A stretch of 64,000 nt of DNA from an uncultured Alphaproteobacteria bacterium (GCA_963795485.1 CAWCIL010000007.1:275066-339065); one strand, 5' to 3'. Shown: positions 42,479-53,403, counted from the stretch's first letter. Notes: generated by a model from the letters alone, not told the origin. Program-made: numbers and translations.

Positions 42479-42952
42479 GTGCCCGCTACCGTGATATCAG
42501 TTACGCACATACGAAATGGGGTTACCAAGTTGGTGTTCGATGTCCAAGTTGTCTACAAAGCTCCGAGCAAGGAGGAGCTATTTCTTGGATTCGGGTGGGG
42601 TAGCCGCAACGTCCGGGGACCATATTTATCTGCAGAGGCAGCCGAGATCATCATTCCGAATTGGGCATTGTCATCGGAGATAGCTTCGACGGTAAAATTG
42701 TCATTATCCGTGTCCAATCGATGCAAAGTTGATGCGCTTATCGTCCGGGCAACAGGAGTATTTGGATCTGCACAAAAACTTGTGAAGAAAAACGGAGATG
42801 CAGTTCTCACACTCTCTAATGTATTCGCGGACACCATCCGCGATCACACGGTAATTATACTTGAGTCCACATTTGGTTCGGGTAGTGGGATCGCCCAAAT
42901 GGGAGGGACGATTGATATCGTGGCTATCGATGAACTTAAGTTAACAAGGTAG
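42479..42952 (+). CDS. Orphan hypothetical protein in an AT-richer patch
   Basis: 157-aa ORF with a GTG start and no domain I recognise. Codon usage differs from the flanks. Confidence 0.4.
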   Translation: MPATVISVTHIRNGVTKLVFDVQVVYKAPSKEELFLGFGWGSRNVRGPYLSAEAAEIIIPNWALSSEIASTVKLSLSVSNRCKVDALIVRATGVFGSAQKLVKKNGDAVLTLSNVFADTIRDHTVIILESTFGSGSGIAQMGGTIDIVAIDELKLTR

Positions 42953-43149
42953 TTTTTCGGGGCCGTAGATCTGCTTGGCGATGGCATACATCGGTCGCAG
43001 TATGACCGATACAGAAGATTCCCCAGGGCGGATTGTGTGCTATCAATTCCCGAGATGACTTATCTCTGTGCGCCCGGGGCGCCACCCGGCGCAATGCTCA
43101 GCGGCACACAGGTCTGCGCCATCCTCACCCCGCGCGCGACATGCCACCT

Positions 43150-43480
43150 TGGTAATTCCGCGGGCTACCGCTGCTCGCGGTCTTACGAGCTGTACCGCCG
43201 CTGGGCCTCGCGGATCTCGGTCACGATGCGGCAGACCCACGCCGGCGACGACAAGCTGTTTGTCGATTGCGCCGGCGCCACCGTGCCGGTGATCGTTGAT
43301 CGGCTGAACGGCAAGACCCTGTCGGCACAAATTCCTCGCCGTGCTGGGCGCCTCCAACTTCACCTATGCCGAGGCGAACTGGACCGCTGGACCCAAGCGC
43401 TGGGCGATTGGATCGGCGCCCACACCCAGGGCTTTCGAGGCGATCGGCGGGCTCCAAAACCAAGCGCATTCGTCTAATCG
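43150..43480 (+). mobile_element. istA: IS21-family istA relic (central part, frameshifted)
   Basis: GYRCSRSYELYRRWASRISVTMRQTHAGDDKLFVDCAGATVPVIVDRLNGKTLSAQI then a frame change to AVLGASNFTYAEANWT... Confidence 0.7.
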
Positions 43481-43541
43481 GTGCTCGGTACAATTAATAA
43501 CCCAGACCAAGCACTTTTTCTGCCAGGGCGGCATCGGTATC

Positions 43542-44932
43542 CTAGTGCTCAGACGCATTCAGATGGTGCAAGGTCGCCGTATTCGTCATGCCCGGCCTTG
43601 TGCCACGGCTGTCCGGCACATTTTGTGCTGTAGGGGTGGCATGGCGCTGTATCTATTCGTCGTTGGACGTCACCACACGTTCCGGACACGAAACTGAGGT
43701 CAGCGCCATGCGCCACCACAATAGCGTTTTTCATCAGTTGCTGAAGCATGTCCCGTGGGAGGAATTCGACCGACTGGTCGGGGTGCACCGGGCCGACGCG
43801 CGGGCCCGCCGGTTGACCACCAAGAGCCAGATTGTGGCCCTGCTGTATGGGCAATTGGCCGGTGCTGCGAGCTTGCGCGAGATCGTCGGCGGGATCCAGA
43901 GCCAGCAGGCGCGGCTTTATCATCTGGGGGCGAGGCTGCCGCGGCGCGCGACCCTGGCCGACGCCAACCGCGACCGGCCAGCCAACGTCTTCGCCGCGCT
44001 CTTGGCGCTGATGATCAGCCGGGCCCATCGCGGGCTGCGCCGGAGCCTCACCGAGACCACCTATCTGATCGATGCGAGCGGTCTGCGGCTCGACGCGCGC
44101 AGCCGCGATTGGGCGCGCTTTTCCGAGGGCGTGTGCGGCGCCAAACTGCACGTCGTCTATGATCCCGACGCCGACCGGCCGATCTATGCGGCGATCACCG
44201 CGGCCCGGGTCAACGACATCACCGCCGCTCAGGCGATGCCGATCGAGCCCGGCGCTACCTATGTCTTTGATCTCGGCTATTATGATTATGCGTGGTGGGC
44301 CAAGCTCGACGCCGCGCAATGCCGCATCGTCACCCGGCTCAAAGCCAATACCCCGTTGACGGTGGTCGCGGAATTGGCGGTTTGCCGTGACGGCGCGATC
44401 CTCTCCGACCGCATCGGCCATCTGCCGGCGCGCCAAGGCAGCGGGCGGAGTAACCCGTTTGCGGACCCGGTACGCGAGGTCCGCATCAAGCTCGATACCG
44501 GCAAGGTGTTGCGCCTGCTCTCGAACGATCTGGATGCCGCCACTCAAGAGATCGCCGATCTCTACAAGCGCCGCTGGGCGATCGAGCTGTTCTTCCGCTG
44601 GGTCAAGCAGACCCTCAAAATCCGCCGCTTTCTCGGCACCTCGGAAAACGCGGTGCGGATCCAGATCGCCGTCGCGCTGATCGCCTTTTTGTTGCTGCGT
44701 CTCGCCCAGGCCGGGCAGCAGGCGGTCACCAGCCCACTCGCCTTCGCCCGCCTGGTCCGCCTCAACCTGATGCATCGCCGACCGCTCGACCAGCTGCTCG
44801 ACCCCGAACCACCGCCGATTGCGAACCCCGCGCAAATGATGCTGCAATGGAACCCCAGCTGAACCGGACAGCCGTGGGCTCGTCCCGGCCATGACGGTTG
44901 AGTGAAATCTTCTGTCTGCGTCTGAGCACTAG
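43542..44932 (+). mobile_element. Apparently intact IS4/IS5-superfamily insertion sequence (1391 bp including CTAG ends)
   Basis: 16-nt perfect terminal IR CTAGTGCTCAGACGCA at 43542-43557, matching the reverse complement of 44917-44932. Further subterminal matches (GTCATG.CCGG, CCACGGCTGTCCGG). Uninterrupted transposase ORF. Confidence 0.85.
43708..44862 (+). CDS. DDE transposase (DUF4372-type N-terminus, IS4-family-like)
   Basis: MRHHNSVFHQLLKHVPWEEFDRLV...SLREIVGGIQSQQARLYHLG...YVFDLGYYDYAWW...LYKRRWAIELFFRWVKQTLKI. Confidence 0.9.
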   Translation: MRHHNSVFHQLLKHVPWEEFDRLVGVHRADARARRLTTKSQIVALLYGQLAGAASLREIVGGIQSQQARLYHLGARLPRRATLADANRDRPANVFAALLALMISRAHRGLRRSLTETTYLIDASGLRLDARSRDWARFSEGVCGAKLHVVYDPDADRPIYAAITAARVNDITAAQAMPIEPGATYVFDLGYYDYAWWAKLDAAQCRIVTRLKANTPLTVVAELAVCRDGAILSDRIGHLPARQGSGRSNPFADPVREVRIKLDTGKVLRLLSNDLDAATQEIADLYKRRWAIELFFRWVKQTLKIRRFLGTSENAVRIQIAVALIAFLLLRLAQAGQQAVTSPLAFARLVRLNLMHRRPLDQLLDPEPPPIANPAQMMLQWNPS

Positions 44933-45039
44933 TTTGGGCCATCGAGCGACGGATTTGCGGCACGGCTGGGAGATAAGGGACAAAGAGCACCTACCCTGGA
45001 CACTCCGTTAGCGTGCAATTTTGGACAAATCGTCCAGTG

Positions 45040-45347
45040 ACCCCAAATACGTCGTCGCCGAAAACCTGCCAGGGACGAGCGTGCAGACCGACGACGAGCT
45101 GTTGGACTATGCACGGCAGAACGGCTCAACCGTCTATCACGCGAGCTGCAGCTGCATGATGGGCAATCACGCGATGAGCGTCGTCGACAGCGAGCTCCGG
45201 GTGCATGGGCTCGAAGCGCTGCGCGTCATCGATGCTTCGGTCATGCCGGCGGTCAGCTCGACCAACACCAACGCCCCGACAATCATGATCGCCGAGAAGG
45301 GAGCGGTATTGATCAAGTCAACGGTGAGGCAAAGACTGGCTGCATAG
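45040..45347 (+). pseudogene. GMC-family oxidoreductase, C-terminal fragment
   Basis: DDELLDYARQNGSTVYHASCSCMMGNHAMSVVDSELRVHGLEALRVIDASVMPAVSSTNTNAPTIMIAEKGA. Confidence 0.75.
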
Positions 45348-45581
45348 CAACTGTACACCGAGCGTGGATTCTGATCGGTGTCGAAAACCAAAATGATCGA
45401 CCATCACCGCCATGGAACGTGACGGAGAGGCAAAGGAGACAATGACCCGCATCGCATAGTGCTATTATTATTGGGGAGATACGGCTTAAAAGCGACTGAG
45501 ACCCTTGGCCGCATCTACAGTCGTGCACCTACGTTTTACCAAAGAGGTTATAGCGGACCGCTCCGCTATCGACGCCGTATT

Positions 45582-45848
45582 TTAGTCAAACGCCCCGATG
45601 AGATGGGGGTCCTTCTCGACAACCTCATCTATCCCTTCATAGATCCGCATATTGAGCCGGAGATAACAGGGCCTGCCCCAATCGTCAGTCAATCGGGCCG
45701 GGCTCCCGTCGATACAGGCCGTGCCGTCAGTTTGGAGCACTATCGTGCCTGAGCCGTTGGCAACCCTTCCTCTGCGCTGTGGTGGGTGGGGATAGACGAG
45801 TTCCACAGCCCATATCGCGACTTGGCCGCTGCGTAGTATTTTGCTCAT
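45582..45848 (-). CDS. Hypothetical 88-aa ORF
   Basis: ORF only; no recognisable domain. Confidence 0.3.
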   Translation of the reverse strand: MSKILRSGQVAIWAVELVYPHPPQRRGRVANGSGTIVLQTDGTACIDGSPARLTDDWGRPCYLRLNMRIYEGIDEVVEKDPHLIGAFD

Positions 45849-45945
45849 CCTCGTCCTTCCAGCGCGACGGCCAACCTTACCGAAATTGGCTGCTTATAAA
45901 GCTAAGTCCTAACGATTTCTTAGGTAAAATTATGGTTTCCCTATT

Positions 45946-47068
45946 CGGTTAAGGCAGGTTCTCTGAATGTTCTAGTATTGGGCCTCGCCCCGCGGTAGCA
46001 TGTCCGGTCGATGCGGAGGGGGGATCGGATGGCGGGCTGCTGCAATTTGCGGCGCGGTTTGGGACCGAGGAGCGGTGCATCGAGCATCTGGCGGGGCTGC
46101 GCTGGCCGGCTGGGTTTGTGTGTGCCGGATGCGGCGGACGGGGGGCTTGGCGGCTGAAGGCGCGGCCGCGGGTCTACGAATGCGCCGCCTGTCACCGCCA
46201 GGAATCGGTGACGCGAGGACGGTCTTCCACCGCACCCGCACAGATCTGACGAAGTGGTTTCTTGCCGCTTACCTGATGGGCCGCGACAAGCGCGGCGTCT
46301 CGGCGAAGTTTCTGCAGCGGGAGCTGGGGGTGGCGTACCAGACGGCTTGGACCATGGCGCACAAGCTGCGCCATGGGCTGAGCGAGGACCCGGCGCGGCC
46401 GCTGCGCGGCTTTCTCGAAGCCGACGAGACCCTCATCGGTGGCCGCGGCGATCCGAGCAGTCCCGGCCGCAGCACGAAAAACCCCGATAAGAGCCTGGTC
46501 GTCGTTGCCGTCGAGAAGGTGCCGGCGCCAAAGAACAAGAAGGGCAAGCGCGGCTCACGCCGTCAAACGTCAGCACGGCTTTCTTTGCCGGCAACGCCCG
46601 CATCGCGGTGTTGCCGGCCGCCAGCGGCGCGGAACTGGGCGCCTTTCTCAAGGCGAACGTCGCGGCCGGTTCGCATCTGCTGACCGACGGGTTTGCCGGC
46701 TATCGCGGCCAGCAGGCCGATCTCGGCGAGCATCTCAAGCACACCCCGGTGGTTCAGGACGACGGCGCCAATGCCGGCGAATTCTTCCCGATCATCCATA
46801 CCCTGTTCGGCAACATCAAAGCCTGGTTCGTCGGCACCCATCACGGGGTCAGCGCCAAGCACTTGCCGCGCTATCTGCGGGAATGGTCCTACCGCTTCAA
46901 CCGACGCAACCTGCCCGACGGCCTGGACGGTTATCTGATCCGCCGCGCCGTCGAATGCGCCACCATCACCTACGACCAGCTCACAGCCGGCGCCACGCCG
47001 GCCGGCGCCAACCGCGTTCGGCGATTTCCCGCTCCAGTTGGGCAACCTGCTTTAATCGGATAGGGATA
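45946..47068 (+). mobile_element. IS1595-family insertion sequence, copy B (1123 bp), transposase frameshifted
   Basis: Ends TTTCCCTATTCGGTTAAGGCAGGTT versus the reverse complement of AACCTGCTTTAATCGGATAGGGATA. 8-bp direct repeat AATTATGG at 45938-45945 and 47069-47076. The transposase is about 85-90% similar by eye to copy A and needs at least 3 frame changes. Confidence 0.88.
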
Positions 47069-47599
47069 AATTATGGAGCACCACATCATTTTTTTCAAAG
47101 GAAAACAAATTACCTTTGCCTACGATATAGCCCTTTAGAAATAAAAATATCGTCAAAGGGCTAAGTTCTCGATACGATTGAAGTAAGAACATTGTCGCTG
47201 ATTGACGGTAGATTGACGGTCCTGGCAGGACATAGCCGGAACAATCATGCCCGCTCCGACACGGCCTTGGACTTATCCAACAGAACAAAGGACGCATTTT
47301 TGACGGCTGGCGGGGTGATCTCCGGTCCAGGAGTTTGTTAATCTTGATCAGACGGTAGAGCGAGGACCACGTTCCGATGTGAGGCGCTGATGGAGACCGT
47401 ATCAGCAAACGCCCCGACCATTCATGAGAGAAAGGCCAGCACGGGTGACAACGACCGCTGGTCAACTCGATCGGCGGTGATCGCGGTTACGTTGTCGTCG
47501 GTTGGGCTTTGGGCGGCAATCTGGTGGGCGGCCATTTCCTTGGCTTCTCGGTGATAGGGTCGAGCCTCGTGCCCTCGGTCGCTTCCCCATGCAGGCGAT

Positions 47600-48135
47600 T
47601 AGCCCGCCTTATTCATAAGGGGGGCAGAGGTGGGGGCTGAAATTCTCGTATTGGTCGAAGGCGTGATTGTGGTGGCGTCTGTTTCGCCGCCGGGTGTGGG
47701 TGACTGATGCCGGTGCTGGAGGTTGTTGGGATTGGCTCTCGGGGCGCCACGGCCCCGTGATTTACGGCTCTGCGGGGATCGGCCCGGTCGCGATGTGGCG
47801 GAAGAGGGCGGCCTCGGGACAAGCGGCGGCAAACGCGATGCGGACGCGGGCGGCGGTCTCGATGATGCGGGCGCCGAGTTTCAACAGGCGCAGGCGGATG
47901 GTGGCGAACTCGGCAGTGGCGAGCGCCTCGGTCGTTGGGATGGCGTCGCGAACGGCGAGGATCAGCCAATCAGCAACGGTGTGGAGGATCAGCCGCATCT
48001 GGTTAGCACGCGGTTGGCGGCAAGAGGTGCGGTCGGAAGCGAGCTGGGTCTTGTGCAGCTTGATCAGGTTCTCGGCCTGGCCGCGGGCGCAGTAGAGCGT
48101 CTCGTAGACATGCTGGGCGGTGCCGGTGGTCAGAG
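47600..48135 (-). mobile_element. IS1380-family transposase, C-terminal about 125 codons plus 3' end
   Basis: LTTGTAQHVYETLYCARGQAENLIKLHKTQLASDRTSCRQPRANQMRLILHTVADWL...ATIRLRLLKLGARIIETAARVRIAFAAACPEAALF. Confidence 0.7.
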
Positions 48136-48383
48136 GGTGTCCGCAAGCTCAGCCTCTGGCCTCAGCCCGTGTCCCTCACCTCAAATGTCCGATAACCGCC
48201 GTCCGTAGTTGGGTAAAATACGGCATGACGGCTGCCCAAGTCGCCGAGGTCTACGGGGTTGCCGTCAACGATATCGAGCGCATTCTCCGGAAAGCCTGAC
48301 GGCGTCGCCCCTCGGTCGCGGCGTCGCTCTGGCGACCTGCGAGGGATGGCATTTCGCGCCGAGAGGATTGTCCCGGCGGGCGG

Positions 48384-49358
48384 CTACGCGTCAGCCGTTA
48401 CCTCCTCCCGGTCGCGCGCGAAGGCTGCCCGGGCCACGTCCAGGATGACAGCGGCAACCTGCTCGGGGACGATATGATGGATCATGTGACCGGCGTCGGG
48501 CACCTTGCGCAGCGTACTTTGCGGCAATTCCGCGCCCAATCGCCCCGCCTGGCGGTCACAGTCCACAATCTTGTCGCCGAGCCCCGCCGCAATCGCGACC
48601 GGGATCGATAGTTCGGGATAGTGCCCGGCCAGGCCTGCCGCTCCGGGGATCATCAGGGCGGTCTCCGCGGCGCTGGCCCGGATCTGCGACGGGCGTACCG
48701 CGAGTTCGAGCGGGAATTCGCCGGTAAAGCGCCGGGCAACCGGCGAGGGCGCGAACAGCTTGCGGTAGACCATCGGCGCCGTCAGCCGGCCAAGCAGGGG
48801 CGAAATCGTGTACCGCAGGATGTCGCCGAGCACCGGCACGGCCGGCCATGACCCCAGCGCCACATCCGCGCGGACGCTCGGGAAGTAATAGCCGGACAGC
48901 AGCACCAGACCCGCCACCTCCGACGGCTCGCGCAGCGCCAAGGCGAGGGCCACGAGTGTCCCCCAGGAATGGCCGACGATGACGGCCTGCCTCACCTTGA
49001 GCCCGACGAGCGCCTTATGCAGCAGTGCGGCTTGCGCCTCCGCGGTCCAGATCCGGCCGCGCGGACGCTCGCTGAAGCCGAAGCCGGGCCGGTCGAAGGC
49101 GATTACCCGGTGATCTTTGGCCAGGAGGTCGAGGACGCCGCTCAGCACGAAATCCCGCGCCATTGTCCCGTTGCCGTGCAACAGCAGGATGACCGGCCCG
49201 GCGCCGCGTTCGATGTAATGCAGGCGGACCCCGTCGACCGTGATGAATTTGCCCTCCGGCGGGTTGCGGCGTTCGGCCCGTCGCGCGAGCGCGCGATTGG
49301 TCAACGCGGCGGCCGCCAGCACCGCGGCCCCGAGGCCGAGAATTCGACCTAACTTCAC
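48384..49358 (-). CDS. Alpha/beta-fold hydrolase with N-terminal membrane anchor/signal
   Basis: GTG 49358 (VKLGRILGLGAAVLAAAAL...); HGNGTMARDF; nucleophile elbow GHSWGT; C-terminal GHMIHH. Confidence 0.8.
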   Translation of the reverse strand: MKLGRILGLGAAVLAAAALTNRALARRAERRNPPEGKFITVDGVRLHYIERGAGPVILLLHGNGTMARDFVLSGVLDLLAKDHRVIAFDRPGFGFSERPRGRIWTAEAQAALLHKALVGLKVRQAVIVGHSWGTLVALALALREPSEVAGLVLLSGYYFPSVRADVALGSWPAVPVLGDILRYTISPLLGRLTAPMVYRKLFAPSPVARRFTGEFPLELAVRPSQIRASAAETALMIPGAAGLAGHYPELSIPVAIAAGLGDKIVDCDRQAGRLGAELPQSTLRKVPDAGHMIHHIVPEQVAAVILDVARAAFARDREEVTADA

Positions 49359-49775
49359 GGCCGAGGCCCTGCCTGGGGTGGTGGTTGGGCGAGCGCGCCA
49401 AGGCGGATGGTTCGTGACATGTCGGCTTTCTATTTCAGCGGAGCGAAGACGGCAGAGACGTTCAAACCCCTGGACCACGTCGCGAGCCCGTAAAACGTTG
49501 TGCAGTGCAGCAGGGTTCCCTGCAGGGCTCCAACCCATCCGCGTAGCACCGCGGAGGCGACAGGTTGCGGATCTTCATGTCTTCGGATCATGCGGCGGCG
49601 CAGCGGGTTCATCTCGACAGCGAGCTGGCAATCGAGCGCGTCCCTGTATCGCAAGGGTCTACCCCAGAGAGGCATCGCCTGAGACGCGAAAACCTGTCTC
49701 AATTGGCTTGAAAATTCGCCTCCGAGACGATAACAGAAGAACGTCTAGAGGCTAACGAGACAGTTTTGCACCTTG

Positions 49776-50369
49776 ATGGCCCTTTACGGCTACGCCCGGG
49801 TCTCGACCCTCGATCAGGATCTCTCGATCCAGCATTCGGCCCTCAAGGGGGCGGGGTGCGAGGTCATCCGCGCCGAGAAGGCGAGCGGCACCCGCCGCCA
49901 CGGCCGCAGCGAATTGCAGGTGCTGCTCGAGTTTCTGCGCGCCGGCGACACACTCGTCGTCACCCGCATCGACCGGCTGGCGCGGTCGCTGAAGGATCTG
50001 CAGGACATCGTGCACGAGCTGAAGGCCAAGGGGGTGGCCTTGAGGGCGACCGAGCAGCCGGTCGACACCGGCACCGCCGCCAGCAAGGCCTTCCTCGACA
50101 TGCTCGGCGTATTTGCCGAATTCGAAACCAATCTGCGGCGCGAGCGCCAGCTCGAGGGGATCAGTGCCGCCAAGGCACGCGGCGTCTACAAGGGGCGCCT
50201 GCCGTCGATCGATGCCGCCGAGGTGCTGCGCCTGCGCCGGGAAGAGAAGCTCGGCCCGGCGGCGATCGCGCGGCGTCTCGGCATTGGCCGCGCCAGCGTC
50301 TATCGCCTGCTCGACAAGGAGGCCGCTGTCGTTAAGGCAAATGGGGGTGGCGATGCCGATCAGACCTGA
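49776..50369 (+). CDS. Small serine recombinase (resolvase/invertase family)
   Basis: MALYGYARVSTLDQDLSIQ...VVTRIDRLARS...C-terminal HTH GPAAIARRLGIGRASVYRLL. Confidence 0.9.
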   Translation: MALYGYARVSTLDQDLSIQHSALKGAGCEVIRAEKASGTRRHGRSELQVLLEFLRAGDTLVVTRIDRLARSLKDLQDIVHELKAKGVALRATEQPVDTGTAASKAFLDMLGVFAEFETNLRRERQLEGISAAKARGVYKGRLPSIDAAEVLRLRREEKLGPAAIARRLGIGRASVYRLLDKEAAVVKANGGGDADQT

Positions 50370-50811
50370 GATGCGGGGGTTTTATCCCAGGGACTGGCCG
50401 CAGATCAGCCGGCGCGTGCGGTTCGAGCGCGCCGCTGGCATGTGCCAGGGATGCGGCCGGCCGCACGGCATGACAATTCGTTGTCTGCCCGACGGCCGCT
50501 GGTTCGACGCCGCGCGGCGCACCTGGCGTAACGGCCGTGGCCGCCCGGCCCGCTGGCCCGATCTCGTGGAAACCGCGCAGATCCGGCAAACTCGCGTGGT
50601 GCTGGCCGCGGCACATCTCGATAATGACCCGCGCAACAATCGGCTGTGCAACCTCAAAAGCCTGTGCCAGCGCTGCCACATGATCCACGATCGCCCGCAC
50701 CATCTGGCGCAGCGGCGGATCACCTACCTGCTGCGCCGCGCGCTCGGCGACCTGTTTCTCGGTCCCTATTCAGTTTCTTTTGTGCTGCGGATGCCCCGCG
50801 GCTTACCGTGA
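50341..50811 (+). CDS. HNH-endonuclease-like protein, overlapping the resolvase 3' end
   Basis: CQGCGRPHG...AAAHLDNDPRNNRLCNLKSLCQRCHMIHDRPHH. Starts at ATG 50341 or 50353, inside the resolvase gene. Confidence 0.75.
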   Translation: MGVAMPIRPEMRGFYPRDWPQISRRVRFERAAGMCQGCGRPHGMTIRCLPDGRWFDAARRTWRNGRGRPARWPDLVETAQIRQTRVVLAAAHLDNDPRNNRLCNLKSLCQRCHMIHDRPHHLAQRRITYLLRRALGDLFLGPYSVSFVLRMPRGLP

Positions 50812-51459
50812 TCCCGGTACAGCGTGACGAGACGTGCTTGCCTCGCGGTCGATCCTCACTCCGTATCCCGGCAAGGGCTTTGCAGAATCATGAAAAGTAC
50901 GGGAACAGAATACGCGCACACGCTCCGCGATTTCCTTGACCGGCAAGCAGGCGTCGGGATGATCCGCCATCATGGCAGATTGTGGCATGGAAGGCGTTTT
51001 CGCTTCTTTAGGGTCCTGAACCAAAGCCATGCCGCCGTGCTCGGTGATAGCCCGCACCCCAGCGGCTCCGTCGCTGTCGCCACCACTTAGAACAATGCCC
51101 AGAACCCGCCGCCCATGCGCTTCAGCGGCGGAGATGAACAGCGGATCGGCGGCTGGACGGGTGTAGTGGATTTTCGGCCCTTGGATTAACCGGATGCTGG
51201 ACGATGCCAAAGACATGTGATGGTCGGGCGGCGCTACGTAGATGCGTCCAGCCTCAATCGGGGCGCCATCCTGAGCAAAGGCTGCGACATGCTGGCCCCT
51301 GCCACTCAGCATCAGCAGGCTCGGGAGCATGCTTGGGTGGGGGCCTATGTGCATGACGATAAAGACCGCCGCCGTGCAGGGAACCGGCAGCGCCGCGATG
51401 ATGCACCGGAGGGGATTAAGGCCACCGGCTGAAGCTGCGATTACTACCACTCCGCACAT
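50803..51459 (-). CDS. Stand-alone CheB-type methylesterase domain protein
   Basis: VVVIAASAGGLNPL...VFIVMHIG...YVAPPDHHM...TRPAADPLFISAA...IVLSGGDSDGAAG. Confidence 0.75.
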   Translation of the reverse strand: MCGVVVIAASAGGLNPLRCIIAALPVPCTAAVFIVMHIGPHPSMLPSLLMLSGRGQHVAAFAQDGAPIEAGRIYVAPPDHHMSLASSSIRLIQGPKIHYTRPAADPLFISAAEAHGRRVLGIVLSGGDSDGAAGVRAITEHGGMALVQDPKEAKTPSMPQSAMMADHPDACLPVKEIAERVRVFCSRTFHDSAKPLPGYGVRIDREASTSRHAVPGSR

Positions 51460-51567
51460 AGTGACTCACTAACGCGGTGAGCCTTCTGGCCATTCCGCGC
51501 CATAAATCAACTTTCGGCAAATTTGCCTGCCCTCGCCCGATCAATGCGGTTACGTTTGCCGTAAGAT

Positions 51568-52040
51568 ATGACCGAAATTCACCCGCAAAATCGCCGTCTC
51601 GGCTATGCCCGCGTCAGTACCTATGGCCAGACGCTCGACGCTGAGCTTGAGCAGTCGCGCGGCGCGGGCTGTTCGATAATTTACCGGGAGAAAGTGACCG
51701 GCGCGCACGCCGACCGGCGCGAGCTTCTAAAATGCTTCACGCCCTCGCCCCCGGCGACGTGGTGACAGTCACCCGGATTGACCGTCTCGCGCGCAGCACC
51801 TTTGACCTGTTCGCCATCGTCAAGCAGATCGTGGACGCGAAGGCGGAGTTTCGATCATTAGCCGAGCCTTGGGCCGACACCGGCACCATCACCGGGCGAT
51901 TGATGATTGCCGTTCTCGGCGGCTTGGCGGACGTGGAGCGCGATCTTATCCGCACCCGCACCGCCGAAGGCAGAAGCCGGCCAAGGCCCGAGGGCAGCAT
52001 ATGGGCCGACCCCCGTGATGATCCGGGTTGAGCGAAACCG
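51568..52040 (+). pseudogene. Second small serine recombinase, frameshifted (about 51730) and C-terminally degraded
   Basis: RLGYARVSTYGQTLDAELEQ...ADRRELLK then a frame change to MLHALAPGDVVTVTRIDRLARSTFDLFAIVKQI... Confidence 0.75.
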
Positions 52041-52240
52041 CGGGAAGCGGCTCGGGCTATGGGGGATAGAATGCGGGCGGCGACAGCGAGAGGGTTGAGC
52101 GGCTGCGATGCCGAGGCCTCGTGCCGCGCACAGCGGATGTGGCGACGCGGCGGCGGCATGACGCGCGGCTCCCCGTCCCTCGGCGGCGCCGGCAGCAGAA
52201 ATGGCGAGCGCGTTGATCATGAGAGCCAGCTGGCGAGCGT

Positions 52241-52710
52241 TCACGAGCTGTCGTGCCATGTCGAGGGATTGGCTGGGCGCGATCGTAGCAGCGGGTCGAG
52301 CACCTCCATGCGCCCGCCGCAGTAAGGACAAGTGTCAAAGCTCCGGACCCGGGGCGGCCCAACCTCGTCACCGTTGTCGAGCGGCGCGGCCGCGGCGATC
52401 GCGAGCAGCTGACGGCAGAGGGCGAGTTTCTCGGCGGTGACGATTGCTGAGAAACCCGTAATGGCGGATGCGGTGAAAGCCGTCCGGCAGGCTGTGCAGC
52501 AGGAAACGCCGGATGAACTCATCGGCCGCCAAGAGCCATGACCTTGCTCTTGTTGTGATACCGGTAATCGCACCAGCGAAAGCGCACCCGATCGCCGGTC
52601 ATGTCGATCAACCGGCTGTTTGAGATGGCGACGCGATGCGTGTAGCGACCAAGATAGGCTAGCACCACCGCCGGGCCGGCGAAGGGGCGCTTGGCGCAGA
52701 CGATGCGCAC
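52241..52710 (-). mobile_element. Second IS91-family transposase C-terminal relic (frameshifted; diverged from 31950-32642)
   Basis: CAKRPFAGPAVVLAYLGRYTHRVAISNSRLIDMTGDRVRFRWCDYRYHNKSKVMAL...(DEFIRRFLLHSLPDGFHRIRHYGF in a third frame)...CPYCGGRMEV. Confidence 0.7.
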
Positions 52711-52739
52711 CCGCCGCGCCTACGGCTCGACGTGCAGCA

Positions 52740-53150
52740 CTTCATGCGCACCTTGTCGATCGTCACCCCCGAGGAACCGAGGAACTGCGCAAGGCCGACC
52801 ACAATGCGGTGATCGCCCGGGAGCGTTTCATGCGCGAGGTCGAGCGCGCCGCCTCGTCAATGATCCGCCGCCGGCTCGCGGCACTGTCGTCACTGTACAA
52901 GCACCTAGTCCGCCACGACTACGCACCGCGCAACCCGGTCGGCGAAGTCGAGCGGCCGGCGATCAATCATGACGAAGGTTCGACCTTGGCCTTCCAAGAC
53001 GCAGGCGCTCAAACTGCTCGACCTGCCGACCGAAGATACGGTCGCAGGCCTGCGCGATCGCGCGATCCTGTCGGTCGGTTTGCAGGTCGGGCTGCGCCGC
53101 GCCGAGATCGCAGCGCTCAAGGTCGGCGATTTGCATCAGAACCGCGTCAA
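52740..53150 (+). pseudogene. Tyrosine recombinase, N-terminal (SAM-like) part plus start of the catalytic domain, frameshifted and truncated
   Basis: IRRRLAALSSLYKHLVRHDYAPRNPVGEVERPAINHDEGSTLAF / QALKLLDLPTEDTVAGLRDRAILSVGLQVGLRRAEIAALKVGDLHQN. Confidence 0.6.
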
Positions 53151-53403
53151 TATGGCGACCTCCATATAGCGCGCACGCTTCCAACAGCAGCCGGAGGGGT
53201 GGAGGCGCCTCGAAATCCGTCCCGGCCGCCGATGGCGGTGTGATCCGGGTCACACGCTTGCGACTTGGGAGGTCGCTCCGCTACGCCATAATACGGAACA
53301 TAGAAAAATCGCATTGCTGTTACAAAACTTTGCACATAATAACACGTGTTTTGCTTCCCGCTTGATACCTTATCAGCTCGGAAGAAGAAGGTTCGGACTG
53401 GGA

